Source: a bacterium (lineage in GTDB: Bacteria > Margulisbacteria > Marinamargulisbacteria > JAHFDA01). From it: DNA of 64,000 bases. The stretch lies in NCBI GenBank assembly GCA_023249225.1, contig JAHFDA010000005.1:7995-71994 (forward strand), written 5' to 3'. The notes below the pieces were generated by a model, which searched no databases, had not been told where the DNA came from, and saw nothing but the letters and a program-made list of their open reading frames with translations. Positions 38,401 through 47,370 of this stretch are shown here, piece after piece (position 1 is the first letter of the stretch; the number at the start of each line of letters is the position of its first letter). Position numbers and translations under genes: made by a program.

Positions 38401-39496
38401 TGATACCGTTATCACGGTATGAATGCAGGTAAAAACCCAGGCCCCCGCTGGCATTGTCAAAAAAACAGTCCTGCACAATTACGCTGTCGTTGTTGTGTAA
38501 ATAGATTTTATTGGTTCCGCCTTGAAACGTAAGGTTTTCGATGACGAGCCCGGTTTTGTTGGAAATTTCGGGCTGTGTACTGGTTAAAATAATACAGTTG
38601 CGCTGGTCGATCCCATGCAGAACCACATTGCTTTGCGCCAGCGTCCATGGGCTCATGGTATAGGTACCGGCCTTAAGATTGATGGTAACGCCATTGCCCA
38701 CACAGTTGGCGATGGCAAAATCCAAGGTCTGAAAGGGGTCGTGATGGGTGCCCGAAACATCTGGGGCATTGTTGCCATTGACAGCATCCACCCAAATTTC
38801 AGGATTTTTGGTGGGGGTCAGTGGCCGCACCTTGGTGCTGGTATCAGTAAAATATTCTAGGTATTCATCGATCCTCGCTCCGGTTTCACAACTCACTGCC
38901 TGAACATTGAATTCGTCTCCATTCAGATTGGCATCGCCGTCATAGTAATTTCCGGATACATCCTGATAACTGGCAAACTTTAGGTACATCTCCTCGTGAA
39001 TCCCTGACTCGTGATCCAGCTTAACCAGCACGGATCCTACTTTTTCAGCATCAGTGCCCGAAAGCACGCCCCCAGAATTAAGCGGTGTTCCATTAGGTTC
39101 CTGAAAGCGATAAGCGACAAACTTAAGAGACGTGACGCCATCGAGCACATCGACCACGTCGGGTGGAATACCGGCTTGTACTGTATTGCCATTCAACTTA
39201 ATCCGAAACAAGGTGCTGCCATCTTCCATGTAGTAATCTAGGCGTCCAGAGCTGTCAGTACTTTGTGACACATACGAGACTGCGGTTCCATTTTGAAACT
39301 GGGTGGCCAGATAACTGAAAACCCCTTGAACCGACTCGCGATATGCTGCTTTTTGGCGTTGCGCCACCCAATTTTTGATGCTTTGGCGTGCCGCCGGTAA
39401 AGAAGCGGCAGTCACAACGCCCGCCACTAGGGTAGCGATCAGCACTTCGGCGAGAGAAAATCCCCGCTCGTTTTTAGTAAATTTTATGTTAAACAC
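35450..39496 (-). CDS. Giant minor pilin/adhesin: prepilin N-terminus plus right-handed beta-helix repeats (1348 aa)
   Basis: KNERG|FSLAEVLIA, many xxNNxF repeats, GGAL/GGAI repeats and AIDxG...DIGxFE motifs. Confidence 0.8.
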   Translation of the reverse strand: MFNIKFTKNERGFSLAEVLIATLVAGVVTAASLPAARQSIKNWVAQRQKAAYRESVQGVFSYLATQFQNGTAVSYVSQSTDSSGRLDYYMEDGSTLFRIKLNGNTVQAGIPPDVVDVLDGVTSLKFVAYRFQEPNGTPLNSGGVLSGTDAEKVGSVLVKLDHESGIHEEMYLKFASYQDVSGNYYDGDANLNGDEFNVQAVSCETGARIDEYLEYFTDTSTKVRPLTPTKNPEIWVDAVNGNNAPDVSGTHHDPFQTLDFAIANCVGNGVTINLKAGTYTMSPWTLAQSNVVLHGIDQRNCIILTSTQPEISNKTGLVIENLTFQGGTNKIYLHNNDSVIVQDCFFDNASGGLGFYLHSYRDNGITVENCYYKDAAYAGAGMTGMEFQESGFGSGATLTVRNNVFVGGNRYHVYIQGNVGPAYVNGNHFESKTSAIAGRSTPNLYVASDPYGNVSISDPGASCFIEDNYFINNSYGLVFYSSVVNGVLHYVRNNVFRYNKYDMHIMFAGSTDQGLRIQKNSFLDQQLGDGNYGIQAVFYDGGPATLWIDNNYFDAYVKAADSSYEAIRIAKMYPSAPAAWMSQTHIFGNIFRNYKSSGVVFDNGNILASVADNWKCYNNVFSGMKGYCINMDDANPVIENNIFADFPAGGTAIYSTYTDVPEAYGGQRPETKIKSNYFYNADIADMDISTKIPLGGGASVNYIMIETSNGMQNGMIYAGSPGHNDNIPYNWNWNTNFCPGGPGTASRKWLSETYQTNSFKLKAINATTFRKPDTTTVALASIAIDTGSSAWAGTDSAIPPAQGVVATDMGAYGGTQEFLGTVGVASTPNRAIFAGCWDPQLGDLDPAFQEGLVSKPFVSLVSALNFARDNDKILLEDYCSGAYTESLAPVVSGLTIYGWDARSKIKWTPPGGGVPLTMVNPVTLDIRQIQFNDLVQDAVNVYYNSSQTKESNVIIAECAFNRTGGGKSPINFSNAGTAFENPKVVNLTIRDSWFQDATNVKSSIRINQTNSSIALGMNINILENTFSNNTSTLGGGAVSAVLDSNSLIYFKECEFDGNVAPNYGGALAIYGGLFGINRCIFSENVVNSGTPGSGGAIEMLGGAIGYLENCTFRANDATDGSDGVCVYGNGTTLTARNNILWNHAKYGLFKGVGSVLNLEQSIVDSANFTLDATLGNSRKDPVFLTDMGTIFEITMVSASSLAIDKGTRGTKLGSDYTGFNPDIGYFEYPGFAGNLNSYEVVPVDAQLAVADRRYTSLKNVQVYGTSSLKGTGYALYLSPDGITWNLQLEVFEDSRSNVKANINISLAGVASKSFWYCLHMVGKLANNGAGRTYNRPDVDKLRVGYGLF

Positions 39497-39560
39497 AAGC
39501 TTTACCTTTTAATTGTTCCTTCAATAAGTCGTTTTTAAACCTAAGCACCTGTCTTTTATC

Positions 39561-39587
39561 CTATCGAAAAATTTGATTGGAAACTTG
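39561..39587 (-). promoter_or_regulatory. Putative sigma28-like promoter of the giant-pilin to secretin operon
   Basis: CAAGTTT-N12-TTCGATAG on the minus strand, same spacing as 27477-27503. Confidence 0.5.
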
Positions 39588-39633
39588 TGTGAATTGTGGG
39601 AATACCCAGGTTTTGTTAGAATTTGAGGCCATT

Positions 39634-39683
39634 CTACACAATTGCCAAATTCTGGTCCCGGAAACGGGCAAGGCAATTGGAGG
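39634..39683 (+). promoter_or_regulatory. rpsB 5' leader (S2 autoregulatory structure candidate)
   Basis: ACACA followed by a CAATTGCC...GGCAATTG stem with an inner CCCG-GAAA-CGGG hairpin, then GGAGG; resembles known rpsB leaders. Confidence 0.55.
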
Positions 39684-39705
39684 TTAAACCAGAAAGGATT
39701 CATAT

Positions 39706-40689
39706 ATGTCAGAACAAAAACAAGTAGTAACCATGCGTCAGTTGCTGGAGGCTGGCGTGCATTTTGGGCACCAAACCAAACGTTGGCACCCTAAAATGAA
39801 AAAATATATTTTTACTTCGCGCAACGATATCCATATTATCGATTTGCAGCAAACCTTAAAACTTATTCACGAGGCATACTCCATCGTACGTCAAAAGGTC
39901 GAGCGTGGCGGCAAGTGCTTGTTTGTAGGCACCAAAAAACAAGCCCAGGAGGCCATTGAAGAAGAAGCCAAGCGTTGCGGGATGTATTTTGTAAACCAAC
40001 GTTGGCTGGGTGGCACGTTGACCAACTTTGAAACCATTCGCAAAAGCATCCGTAAGCTGAAATCACTTGAACAGATGAAAACCGAAGGCATTTTTGATCT
40101 TTTAAGTTCTAAGGAAGTCAGCAAAAAAACCAAGGAGCTGATGCGTTTGCATCATTACATCGGCGGCATCACCGAGATGAAAAAGCTTCCGGACATCATT
40201 TTTATCATTGACCTTAAAAAAGAAGCTATTGCGGTTACCGAGGCCAATCGTCTGGGTATACCGATTGTGGCCGTGGTCGATACCAATTGCGATCCGGGAC
40301 CGATTCAACACCCCATTCCGGGTAACGACGATGCCATTCGCGCCATCAAACTGGTGTCTTCGGTGATTGCCAATGCGGTCATGGAAGGCCGGGCCAACCA
40401 GGTTGAAGGGGTTGATGACGGTGATGAATCTTCAGATGAATTTACCATGGATGTCGACGCCGAGCGGATTATGGAAGACTATCTTATGGAAGAAGAAGCC
40501 CGTATGCGTCATGCCAAAATCCGTCGCAAGCCTACAGGCACTGAAGCAAGTCCTGCCGTGCCAGGCGATGGCACAACCCTTACGGTCGTTACTCCCGATA
40601 AGGACAGCCGATCGAAAGAAATTGAAACCGTAACCGAGCTTGAAAAAAATATCCACGAGGCCATGGCCGAAACCCCGGTTAAAGCATAA
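39706..40689 (+). CDS. rpsB: 30S ribosomal protein S2 with a long acidic C-terminal extension
   Basis: [21 protein letters not shown] and DTNCDP...PGNDDAIR motifs. Confidence 0.98.
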   Translation: MSEQKQVVTMRQLLEAGVHFGHQTKRWHPKMKKYIFTSRNDIHIIDLQQTLKLIHEAYSIVRQKVERGGKCLFVGTKKQAQEAIEEEAKRCGMYFVNQRWLGGTLTNFETIRKSIRKLKSLEQMKTEGIFDLLSSKEVSKKTKELMRLHHYIGGITEMKKLPDIIFIIDLKKEAIAVTEANRLGIPIVAVVDTNCDPGPIQHPIPGNDDAIRAIKLVSSVIANAVMEGRANQVEGVDDGDESSDEFTMDVDAERIMEDYLMEEEARMRHAKIRRKPTGTEASPAVPGDGTTLTVVTPDKDSRSKEIETVTELEKNIHEAMAETPVKA

Positions 40690-40714
40690 TTTTTTTGACA
40701 GAGAGGAACCCCTT

Positions 40715-41569
40715 ATGACTGTTGCTATTACCCCGCAATTGGTGCAGTCTCTGCGCCAAAAAACAAGTTCCGGCATGATGGACTGTAAAAAAGCTTTGGC
40801 CGAAGCAGGTGGCGACCTAGAAAAAGCCGTCGAAATTTTGCGTGTTAAAGGCCAGTTGAGTGCTGCCAAGCGTTCTGACCGTGTGACCAAAGAAGGTTAC
40901 GTGGTCTCGTGCGTGTCTGAAAACCGCAAGCAAGCCGCACTGGTGCACCTGGGTTGTGAGACAGACTTTGTTGCACGCAATCAGTCATTTCAGGCTTTTG
41001 CCGAAACTTTGGCTCGCCATGTGGTTCGCAGTGGGGCCATATCGGTGAACGAACTGCTTATGTCAGCTGTTCCGGGCATGAACGTTGCATCCGTCGCAGA
41101 CGGATTGAATGCGCTGGTTGCCTCTATCGGTGAAAAACTAGAACTTGGACGCGTGGCTTATCTTTTCTGTGACACCTGATTTATTCAGTCCTATATTCAT
41201 CCGGGTGCCAAAATTGGCGTTCTGGTGGCGCTTGAACAGGCCGACATCAACAAACAGGGCGACCTTGCCAAAGATTTGGCCATGCAAATTGCCGCTGCAG
41301 CTCCAGAATATCTGACCCCGGGGGATGTACCCGCTGAAAAACTGCAAAAAGAACTGTCCTTGATCAAAGAAGAGCTGCGTACGGCCGGAAAGCCAGAAGC
41401 CATGCTAGATAAAATTGCTCAGGGAAAAATAGGTAAGTTTTATACCGATGTTTGTTTGCTGAAGCAAGCCTTCATTAAAAATACTGACCTGACGGTAGAA
41501 GCTCACATGATTCAGCAGGCACCGGGAGTTAAAGTAAAAAGCTTTGTGCGTTTTGCGGTGGCAAGCTAA
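40715..41569 (+). pseudogene. tsf: Elongation factor Ts interrupted by one in-frame TGA at 41177-41179 (nonsense change, readthrough or base-call error)
   Basis: GMMDCKKAL and ETDFVA before the stop; the same frame continues FIQSYIHPGAKIGVLV...AMQIAA...CLLKQAF...FVRF to TAA 41569. Confidence 0.85.
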
Positions 41570-41998
41570 TCAGCCTTGCTGGGGCTCGCTAGCGCCTTGG
41601 CTTAGCTCTTCTAAAAATTCCTCGTATTCAGCCGAAGTCATCAACTCATCAAGTTCACGCGGATCAGACATGCGTAACTTGATCAACCAGCCACCATCGT
41701 AAGGATCGTCGTTGACGAGTTCCGGTGTCTCAACCACAGCTTTGTTAATTTCGATTACTTCGCCACTGCAAGGCGAATACAGGTTACTGACAGTCTTTAC
41801 AGATTCCACCACGCCAAACTCGGCAAATTGAATGACTGGCTTTTTGGCTTCTGGCAACTCAACGTACACGATATCGCCAAGCTCTTCCTGGGCATAATAC
41901 GTAATGCCAACGGTGGCCACGTTGCCTTCGACACTCACCCATTCGTGTTCCTGGGTGTATTTTAAATCACGTGGAAAAGTAACAGCCGTTCCGGTCAT
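41570..41998 (-). CDS. gcvH: Glycine cleavage system H protein
   Basis: HEW, GIT, ESVK (lipoyl Lys) and DPYDGGW motifs. Confidence 0.97.
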   Translation of the reverse strand: MTGTAVTFPRDLKYTQEHEWVSVEGNVATVGITYYAQEELGDIVYVELPEAKKPVIQFAEFGVVESVKTVSNLYSPCSGEVIEINKAVVETPELVNDDPYDGGWLIKLRMSDPRELDELMTSAEYEEFLEELSQGASEPQQG

Positions 41999-42038
41999 GG
42001 CGAAATTCTATCAAACCCTATAAAAAAGCTACAATCGC

Positions 42039-43133
42039 TCATATTTTTTGCCGCCGATAAAAAGGCAATGTGCATACACGCGCAGGTTGCCATTTTCCAC
42101 GGATATCGACATTCAGCAGCTGGCCCAGCGTTGCATAACCTGGGTCCACGTAAGCCATGGCAATGGGTCGTTCAAGCGTGGGGGAGAACGTGCCACTGGT
42201 GACTGTTCCGCCTTCTTGAAGCATATAACCCTCGCGTGCAATGGCCCGGCCTTCCATCATCAGTCCGACCAAGGTGAGCTGGATGCCAGGCGTTTTTTGG
42301 GCCGCCAAAAGTGCGGACTTTCCGATAAAATCAGGTTTTTGCCATTTCAATACCCAGGCGTGTGCCGTCTGAATCGGCAGAGTTTCTTCATTGAGCTCGT
42401 GGCCGTAGAGCGGTAAAGCCGCTTCTAGTCGCAGCGTGTCGCGGGCCGCCAGCCCACAGGCAGGCACGCCTTGGGACAACAGCATGTTCCAAAGCACCGG
42501 CAGGATATCCGGTGCCACAAAAAATTCAACTCCATCTTCGCCGGTGTAACCGGTACGTGATACCAGCGTGCGTTGCCCGAGCAAGGTCATCCACTCAAAA
42601 TGGAAGGGCTTGAGCTGGGCCGGGAAGTCTGGAAACAGTGTTTGCAACAGCGCCAGCGTCTTGGGTCCCTGCACCGCAAAAGGCACGCGTTCGTGCAGCA
42701 AATAACGGTAAAACGCCTGCTTGGGCAAAGTGGCCTGAAACCAGTTAAGGATTTTATCTACGTTACCGGCATTTACAATGACCCAATAGTGGTTTTCCTC
42801 TAAAAGATAAATCAAAATATCGTCCCGTATTCCTCCGCGTTCATTCAGCAGCATGTTGTATTGTGTTTGGCCGGGTTTAAGTGCGGCCACATTGTTGCAG
42901 CTTAACTTTTGTAAACCTGCCAGCGCTTCGGGGCCGCGCACTTCGACCACGCCCATATGCGCTATATCAAACATCCCCACGCCAGTGCGCACAGATTGGT
43001 GCTCTTTAATCGTTCCTTCGAACACGAGTGGCATCTGCCAGCCGGCAAAGGGTCCCATCCTGGCCTTGAGCTTGAGGTGTTCTTGATAAAGCGGAGTCTG
43101 TCTGACCTGTGTGTCAGCACTTACGGTGGTCAT
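42039..43133 (-). CDS. gcvT: Glycine cleavage system T protein
   Basis: TPLY, FAGWQMP, SRTGYTGEDG and RDTLRLEA motifs. Confidence 0.96.
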   Translation of the reverse strand: MTTVSADTQVRQTPLYQEHLKLKARMGPFAGWQMPLVFEGTIKEHQSVRTGVGMFDIAHMGVVEVRGPEALAGLQKLSCNNVAALKPGQTQYNMLLNERGGIRDDILIYLLEENHYWVIVNAGNVDKILNWFQATLPKQAFYRYLLHERVPFAVQGPKTLALLQTLFPDFPAQLKPFHFEWMTLLGQRTLVSRTGYTGEDGVEFFVAPDILPVLWNMLLSQGVPACGLAARDTLRLEAALPLYGHELNEETLPIQTAHAWVLKWQKPDFIGKSALLAAQKTPGIQLTLVGLMMEGRAIAREGYMLQEGGTVTSGTFSPTLERPIAMAYVDPGYATLGQLLNVDIRGKWQPARVCTLPFYRRQKI

Positions 43134-44221
43134 CAGGATTTTCCAAAAATAGCCGGCAGCAAGCCCAGTAAGCGGCCCAGTTCAATGAGGCTGCTAATCG
43201 TCACGCGGATGGCTTTGGGTTCACCAAAACCATCCATGGGCCTAATGATGACCCCATGGCGCAAAAGTTGCTGAAACACAAAGCGGCCAGCCACCGGCGT
43301 GCTGGCAAAAATAAAATTGGCCTGCGAGGGAACCGTCTGGCAACCCACCTGACGCAGACCATTGTCTAAAAGCGGCATTTGATCGCTGATGCAACGCCGC
43401 GTGCGGCTGACATGTTCCTGATCCTGCAAGGCCGCCCGCGCCGCAATCTGCGCCAGGCTGTTGACGTTAAAAGGCTGGCGCACCTTGTGCAAAATGCGAA
43501 TCAGTTCTTCATGGCCCATACCGTACCCAACCCGCAGACCCGCCAGGCCATAGATTTTTGAAAAGGTGCGTAACACCAAAAGATTGGGATGTTGCTGCAG
43601 CAGTTGTAACGAGCGGGGATAATCTGACGCGCGCACAAATTCGGCATAGGCTTCGTCGAGCACCACCAATATGTGCTGCGGTACTTGCGCCAAAAACCGC
43701 TTAAGATCGTCGTGGCTCACGTAAGTACCGGTGGGATTATTGGGATTACTGATAAAAATAACCTTGGTGCTTGATTTGATAGCGTGGAACATGGCATCAA
43801 GGTCATAGGTCCATTGTTTAAGCGGCACCGTATCACAGGGAGCATTGAGCAAACGGCTGCAAAAATCATATTCGCTAAAGGTGCAACGCGCGGTCAGGGT
43901 GCGGTCACCCGCTTCCAAATAGGCCAGGGCCACCAACTGCAAAATTTCGTCGGATCCGTTGCCGACAAGTATCTGTCCGGGGGCAAGTTTATGGAATGCT
44001 GCCAGATCATGCCGAAGCAAGGTGGCGCTGCCGTCAGGATAGCGGTGCAGGTCGGGCAAAGCCAGGCGAATAGCCTCGAGCGCCTTGGGGCTGGGGCCCA
44101 GCGGATTTTCATTAGAGGCCAGTTTAAAGACCTCGGTCAGTCCAAATTCACGCTGCACTTCTTCGATGGGCTTTCCGGGTTCGTAGGGAGTCATGTCGGC
44201 TACCAAGGAACGCGGTTGCAT
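43133..44221 (-). CDS. hisC: Histidinol-phosphate aminotransferase
   Basis: KLASNENP, NPNNPTG, DEAY and RTFSKIYGLAGLRVG motifs. Confidence 0.95.
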   Translation of the reverse strand: MQPRSLVADMTPYEPGKPIEEVQREFGLTEVFKLASNENPLGPSPKALEAIRLALPDLHRYPDGSATLLRHDLAAFHKLAPGQILVGNGSDEILQLVALAYLEAGDRTLTARCTFSEYDFCSRLLNAPCDTVPLKQWTYDLDAMFHAIKSSTKVIFISNPNNPTGTYVSHDDLKRFLAQVPQHILVVLDEAYAEFVRASDYPRSLQLLQQHPNLLVLRTFSKIYGLAGLRVGYGMGHEELIRILHKVRQPFNVNSLAQIAARAALQDQEHVSRTRRCISDQMPLLDNGLRQVGCQTVPSQANFIFASTPVAGRFVFQQLLRHGVIIRPMDGFGEPKAIRVTISSLIELGRLLGLLPAIFGKS

Positions 44222-44284
44222 GATGGGTTAGTGTACAGCGTTTTTGCCAAGCTGTCCGTCCGCGACGGATATACTGATTGCAGG

Positions 44285-44953
44285 ATGAAAGCGCCCTTCA
44301 AGTTAGTGTTGTGTCTGTTCTACCTGGTGGCCATTAGCTCACGCGCACAAGCTGCTTTTGTGATGAACCACCCGCTCAACCTGGCACATACCACGCAGTG
44401 GTTGTCGCTGGGCGCTGGCGCGGGCGTGGTGCTTCCGTACCAGAGTGTTGTATACGGTTTTGTTCAGAATACTTACTTTGATCACATACATCTGGCCTAT
44501 GCACAGGGTGTTGGATATCACCTGGCCTCGGGATCCTTGAACGGGCAGCTTGCGCTGATTCAAGGCCTGGGCTTGGGCTATCATTTAATGTTTAACGCCT
44601 TTGGCCTATATATAGGCTGGCACAGTGAGCAGACCTCGCCGGGCAGTCCTGCGATCTACCATTACGCCAATCAAAGCGTGCATGCCTATGGACTGGCAAA
44701 GATTGGCGAGGCCAGCAGCCCCAATCCCAGCATCGTGTACGTGGGTTTTCGATCCACACAGTTTACGCAGTTTACGTTTAAAACCGGTGATCGTGGTCTG
44801 CTTCAGTTGGTTGCCGGCACGCACTTTTGCGGCAGCGAAACGCCCTTATGGCTCAATAATGTGTTTACTGAAATCACAGTGGAAATGTCTGATTACGGCA
44901 CCGGCAGCGGCGGCGAAAATATTTTTGGATTTCAGGCGGGGATCTTTATCTAG
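44285..44953 (+). CDS. Hypothetical exported protein, possible small beta-barrel
   Basis: Signal peptide ending AQA and a C-terminal GFQAGIFI; start moved to ATG 44285 to avoid overlapping hisC. Confidence 0.55.
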   Translation: MKAPFKLVLCLFYLVAISSRAQAAFVMNHPLNLAHTTQWLSLGAGAGVVLPYQSVVYGFVQNTYFDHIHLAYAQGVGYHLASGSLNGQLALIQGLGLGYHLMFNAFGLYIGWHSEQTSPGSPAIYHYANQSVHAYGLAKIGEASSPNPSIVYVGFRSTQFTQFTFKTGDRGLLQLVAGTHFCGSETPLWLNNVFTEITVEMSDYGTGSGGENIFGFQAGIFI

Positions 44954-44959
44954 CCCCGA

Positions 44960-46408
44960 CTAGGAACGATCCAATACTTCGCGTACCAGGCGATTGACCA
45001 CATCGGGTTTGGCCTGGCCTTGAGTGGCTTTCATCACTTGCCCCACAAAAAATCCGGCCACCGATGTTTTACCGTTTTTGTATTGCTCGAGCGGGCCCGG
45101 GTTACTTTGAATGGCTTGTTCGATAAAGGGAATCAGATCTGCATCGTTGCCGATTTGCTTGACCCCCTTTAAAGCAATCACCTCATGGGGAGATTTGCCT
45201 TGCAATAAGTCTGGAAGAATCTCTTTGGCCAGTTTGCCCGAAAACGTGCCTGCTTCAACCAAGGCCACCAGATCGGCCATATGCGCGGGGCTTACGGATG
45301 GCTGCGTAAAGGAAAACTTGCCTTCGTTTGCCAGGGCCGACAAGTCTCCCAGCACCCAGTTGGCCACCTTTTTAACGGGCAATGTGCGACCGGCACAAAC
45401 CGCTTCAAAATAATGAAGACGTTGCGGATCATTCAGCAACTGCACAATGTCACTTTCTGGAAGCTGCGCCACCTGCAACTCGTGACGGATCTGGTCGGGC
45501 AGTTTAGGCTGCGAACTTTTGATCTGCGCCAGCCACGGGGCGTCTACGCCAAGCGGCAACAGATCGGGTTCCGGAAAATAACGATAGTCATGCGCTTCTT
45601 CTTTGCTACGCATAGATGTGGTCTGGCCGCTTTCGTCGTCGTAGTTTCGGGTTTCGAGCACAATGGCGCCACCGGAAAGGAGCACCTCTTTCTGGCGTGC
45701 AATTTCCGAAATTGCCGCCTGTTCTACCGCGCGAAAAGAGTTCATATTTTTGACTTCGGTGCGGGTGCCAAATTGAGAGCTGCCTAAGGGACGGATAGAA
45801 ATATTGGCGTCACAGCGTAGCGAGCCTTCTTCCATATTTCCATCACAGATTCCCAGAAAAACCAGTATGGAGCGAATTTTTTCTACATACAGGCGGGCTT
45901 CTTCGGCGCTGCGGATATCCGGCTGCGACACAATTTCGATCAGCGGCGTGCAAGCGCGGTTAAGATCCACAAGTGAATGCGTGGCGCCCTTAATAGAGGC
46001 GGCCCCTTGGTGCAGCAGTTTGCCGGCGTCTTCCTCAAGATGAATACGCGTGACACCAATACGCTTGGTTCCGGATGCAAGTGCAATATCGATACGCCCG
46101 TTTTCACAGAGTGGTTTATCGAACTGCGAAATTTGATAGCCCTTGGGCAGGTCGGGATAAAAATAGTTTTTGCGTGCAAAAATGCTTTGGACGTTAATGG
46201 TGCAGTTAAGCGCCAAACCCATGCGGATGGCAAACTCGACTGCTACTTGATTGAGTACGGGCAAGGCGCCTGGCTGACCGGTGCATACCGGACAGATGTT
46301 TGTATTAGGTGCGGCTCCAAATTGAGTGGAACAGCCACAAAATAATTTGGTCTTGGTTTTAAGCTGGGCATGAACTTCCATGCCGATCACGGGCTCGAAT
46401 TCGGTCAC
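44960..46408 (-). CDS. gatB: Asp/Glu-tRNA amidotransferase subunit B
   Basis: IGMEVHAQL, RKNYFYPDLPKGYQISQ and YRYFPEPDL motifs. Confidence 0.98.
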   Translation of the reverse strand: MTEFEPVIGMEVHAQLKTKTKLFCGCSTQFGAAPNTNICPVCTGQPGALPVLNQVAVEFAIRMGLALNCTINVQSIFARKNYFYPDLPKGYQISQFDKPLCENGRIDIALASGTKRIGVTRIHLEEDAGKLLHQGAASIKGATHSLVDLNRACTPLIEIVSQPDIRSAEEARLYVEKIRSILVFLGICDGNMEEGSLRCDANISIRPLGSSQFGTRTEVKNMNSFRAVEQAAISEIARQKEVLLSGGAIVLETRNYDDESGQTTSMRSKEEAHDYRYFPEPDLLPLGVDAPWLAQIKSSQPKLPDQIRHELQVAQLPESDIVQLLNDPQRLHYFEAVCAGRTLPVKKVANWVLGDLSALANEGKFSFTQPSVSPAHMADLVALVEAGTFSGKLAKEILPDLLQGKSPHEVIALKGVKQIGNDADLIPFIEQAIQSNPGPLEQYKNGKTSVAGFFVGQVMKATQGQAKPDVVNRLVREVLDRS

Positions 46409-46418
46409 ACGTTATATG

Positions 46419-47324
46419 TTATTGGATAAACCGAATCTCCGGAAGCGCCGGAATTAACTGCCGTTTAAAGGCTTCTTCAAGAAAGAGTTTAATCGACTGC
46501 TGCCCCTGGGGTCCCATGTTGACCGTACGTCGGTTGACATACCAACGCACAAAACGGTCGACCAGCGCACGATCCATGCCACGCGCATATTGCATGGCAT
46601 AGGTTAAAGCATCTTCGTGGTGTTGCACGGCATACTCTACGCTAGCCTTGAGGTGCGTAGACAAGGTGGACTGCAGGGATGCACCTAAATCAAGGCGTAC
46701 TCCGTTGACCCCAAGCGGCAATGGCAGGCCGCCAGAATAAGTGTGCCACCAGTTTCCAAGATTCAAGATCGATCGAAGCCCGAGACGTGTGTGGGTTAGC
46801 TGCCCCTCATGAATCAGCAGCCCTGCCGCTACCTCGCCTTGCAGGACGGCCTGTTCAACCTCTTTAAATGGCATGCAGACAGCTTCAAAATCAGAAACAC
46901 ACAAGCGTAACGCCAGATAGGCCGAAGTCATTTTTCCGGGCACAGCCACCCGTTTTCCAGTGAGATACCGTACCGCATCTTCAACCGATTCAAGCGCTGC
47001 TGCGGGAGCACCCAGCTTTTGAGATGAGCGGCCTTTTTTCCAGGGAATGACGACCAGAGGTCCGTATTCGCGTTCACCCATCGAGGCCCCATGGCTCAAG
47101 ATCCCGTAGCGATCGGCAACATAGGCGTAGGCATGCACGGATAACGCGGTGGTCTCGAGCCGACCCTCCAGGGCCCACTCGTTCAGCGTTTGGATATCCT
47201 GCAGCACGTGTTCATACGCAAGCTCTCCGGTCTCTATTTTTCCGGTTGCCAAGGCATAAAACATAAAGGCGTCATCGGCATCGGGACTATGACCCAGGTG
47301 AATCGTCTGGGTGGCGGTGATCAT
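46419..47324 (-). CDS. mqnD: 1,4-dihydroxy-6-naphthoate synthase (futalosine pathway)
   Basis: HSPDADDAFMFY, GLLIHEGQLT and LPLPLG motifs. Confidence 0.88.
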   Translation of the reverse strand: MITATQTIHLGHSPDADDAFMFYALATGKIETGELAYEHVLQDIQTLNEWALEGRLETTALSVHAYAYVADRYGILSHGASMGEREYGPLVVIPWKKGRSSQKLGAPAAALESVEDAVRYLTGKRVAVPGKMTSAYLALRLCVSDFEAVCMPFKEVEQAVLQGEVAAGLLIHEGQLTHTRLGLRSILNLGNWWHTYSGGLPLPLGVNGVRLDLGASLQSTLSTHLKASVEYAVQHHEDALTYAMQYARGMDRALVDRFVRWYVNRRTVNMGPQGQQSIKLFLEEAFKRQLIPALPEIRFIQ

Positions 47325-47370
47325 GAAAGTAAGTATAACAACCCGTTACCATGCTAGTAATATATGAGTA

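Noticed and set aside
41177..41230. Selenocysteine or genetic code 4/25 explanation for the tsf TGA
   Set aside because: The position is not a Cys site, there is no convincing SECIS hairpin at the expected distance, and many genes in the window end in TGA.
43784..44284. First 167 aa of the 389-aa ORF
   Set aside because: Antisense to hisC; the signal peptide starts at 44285.
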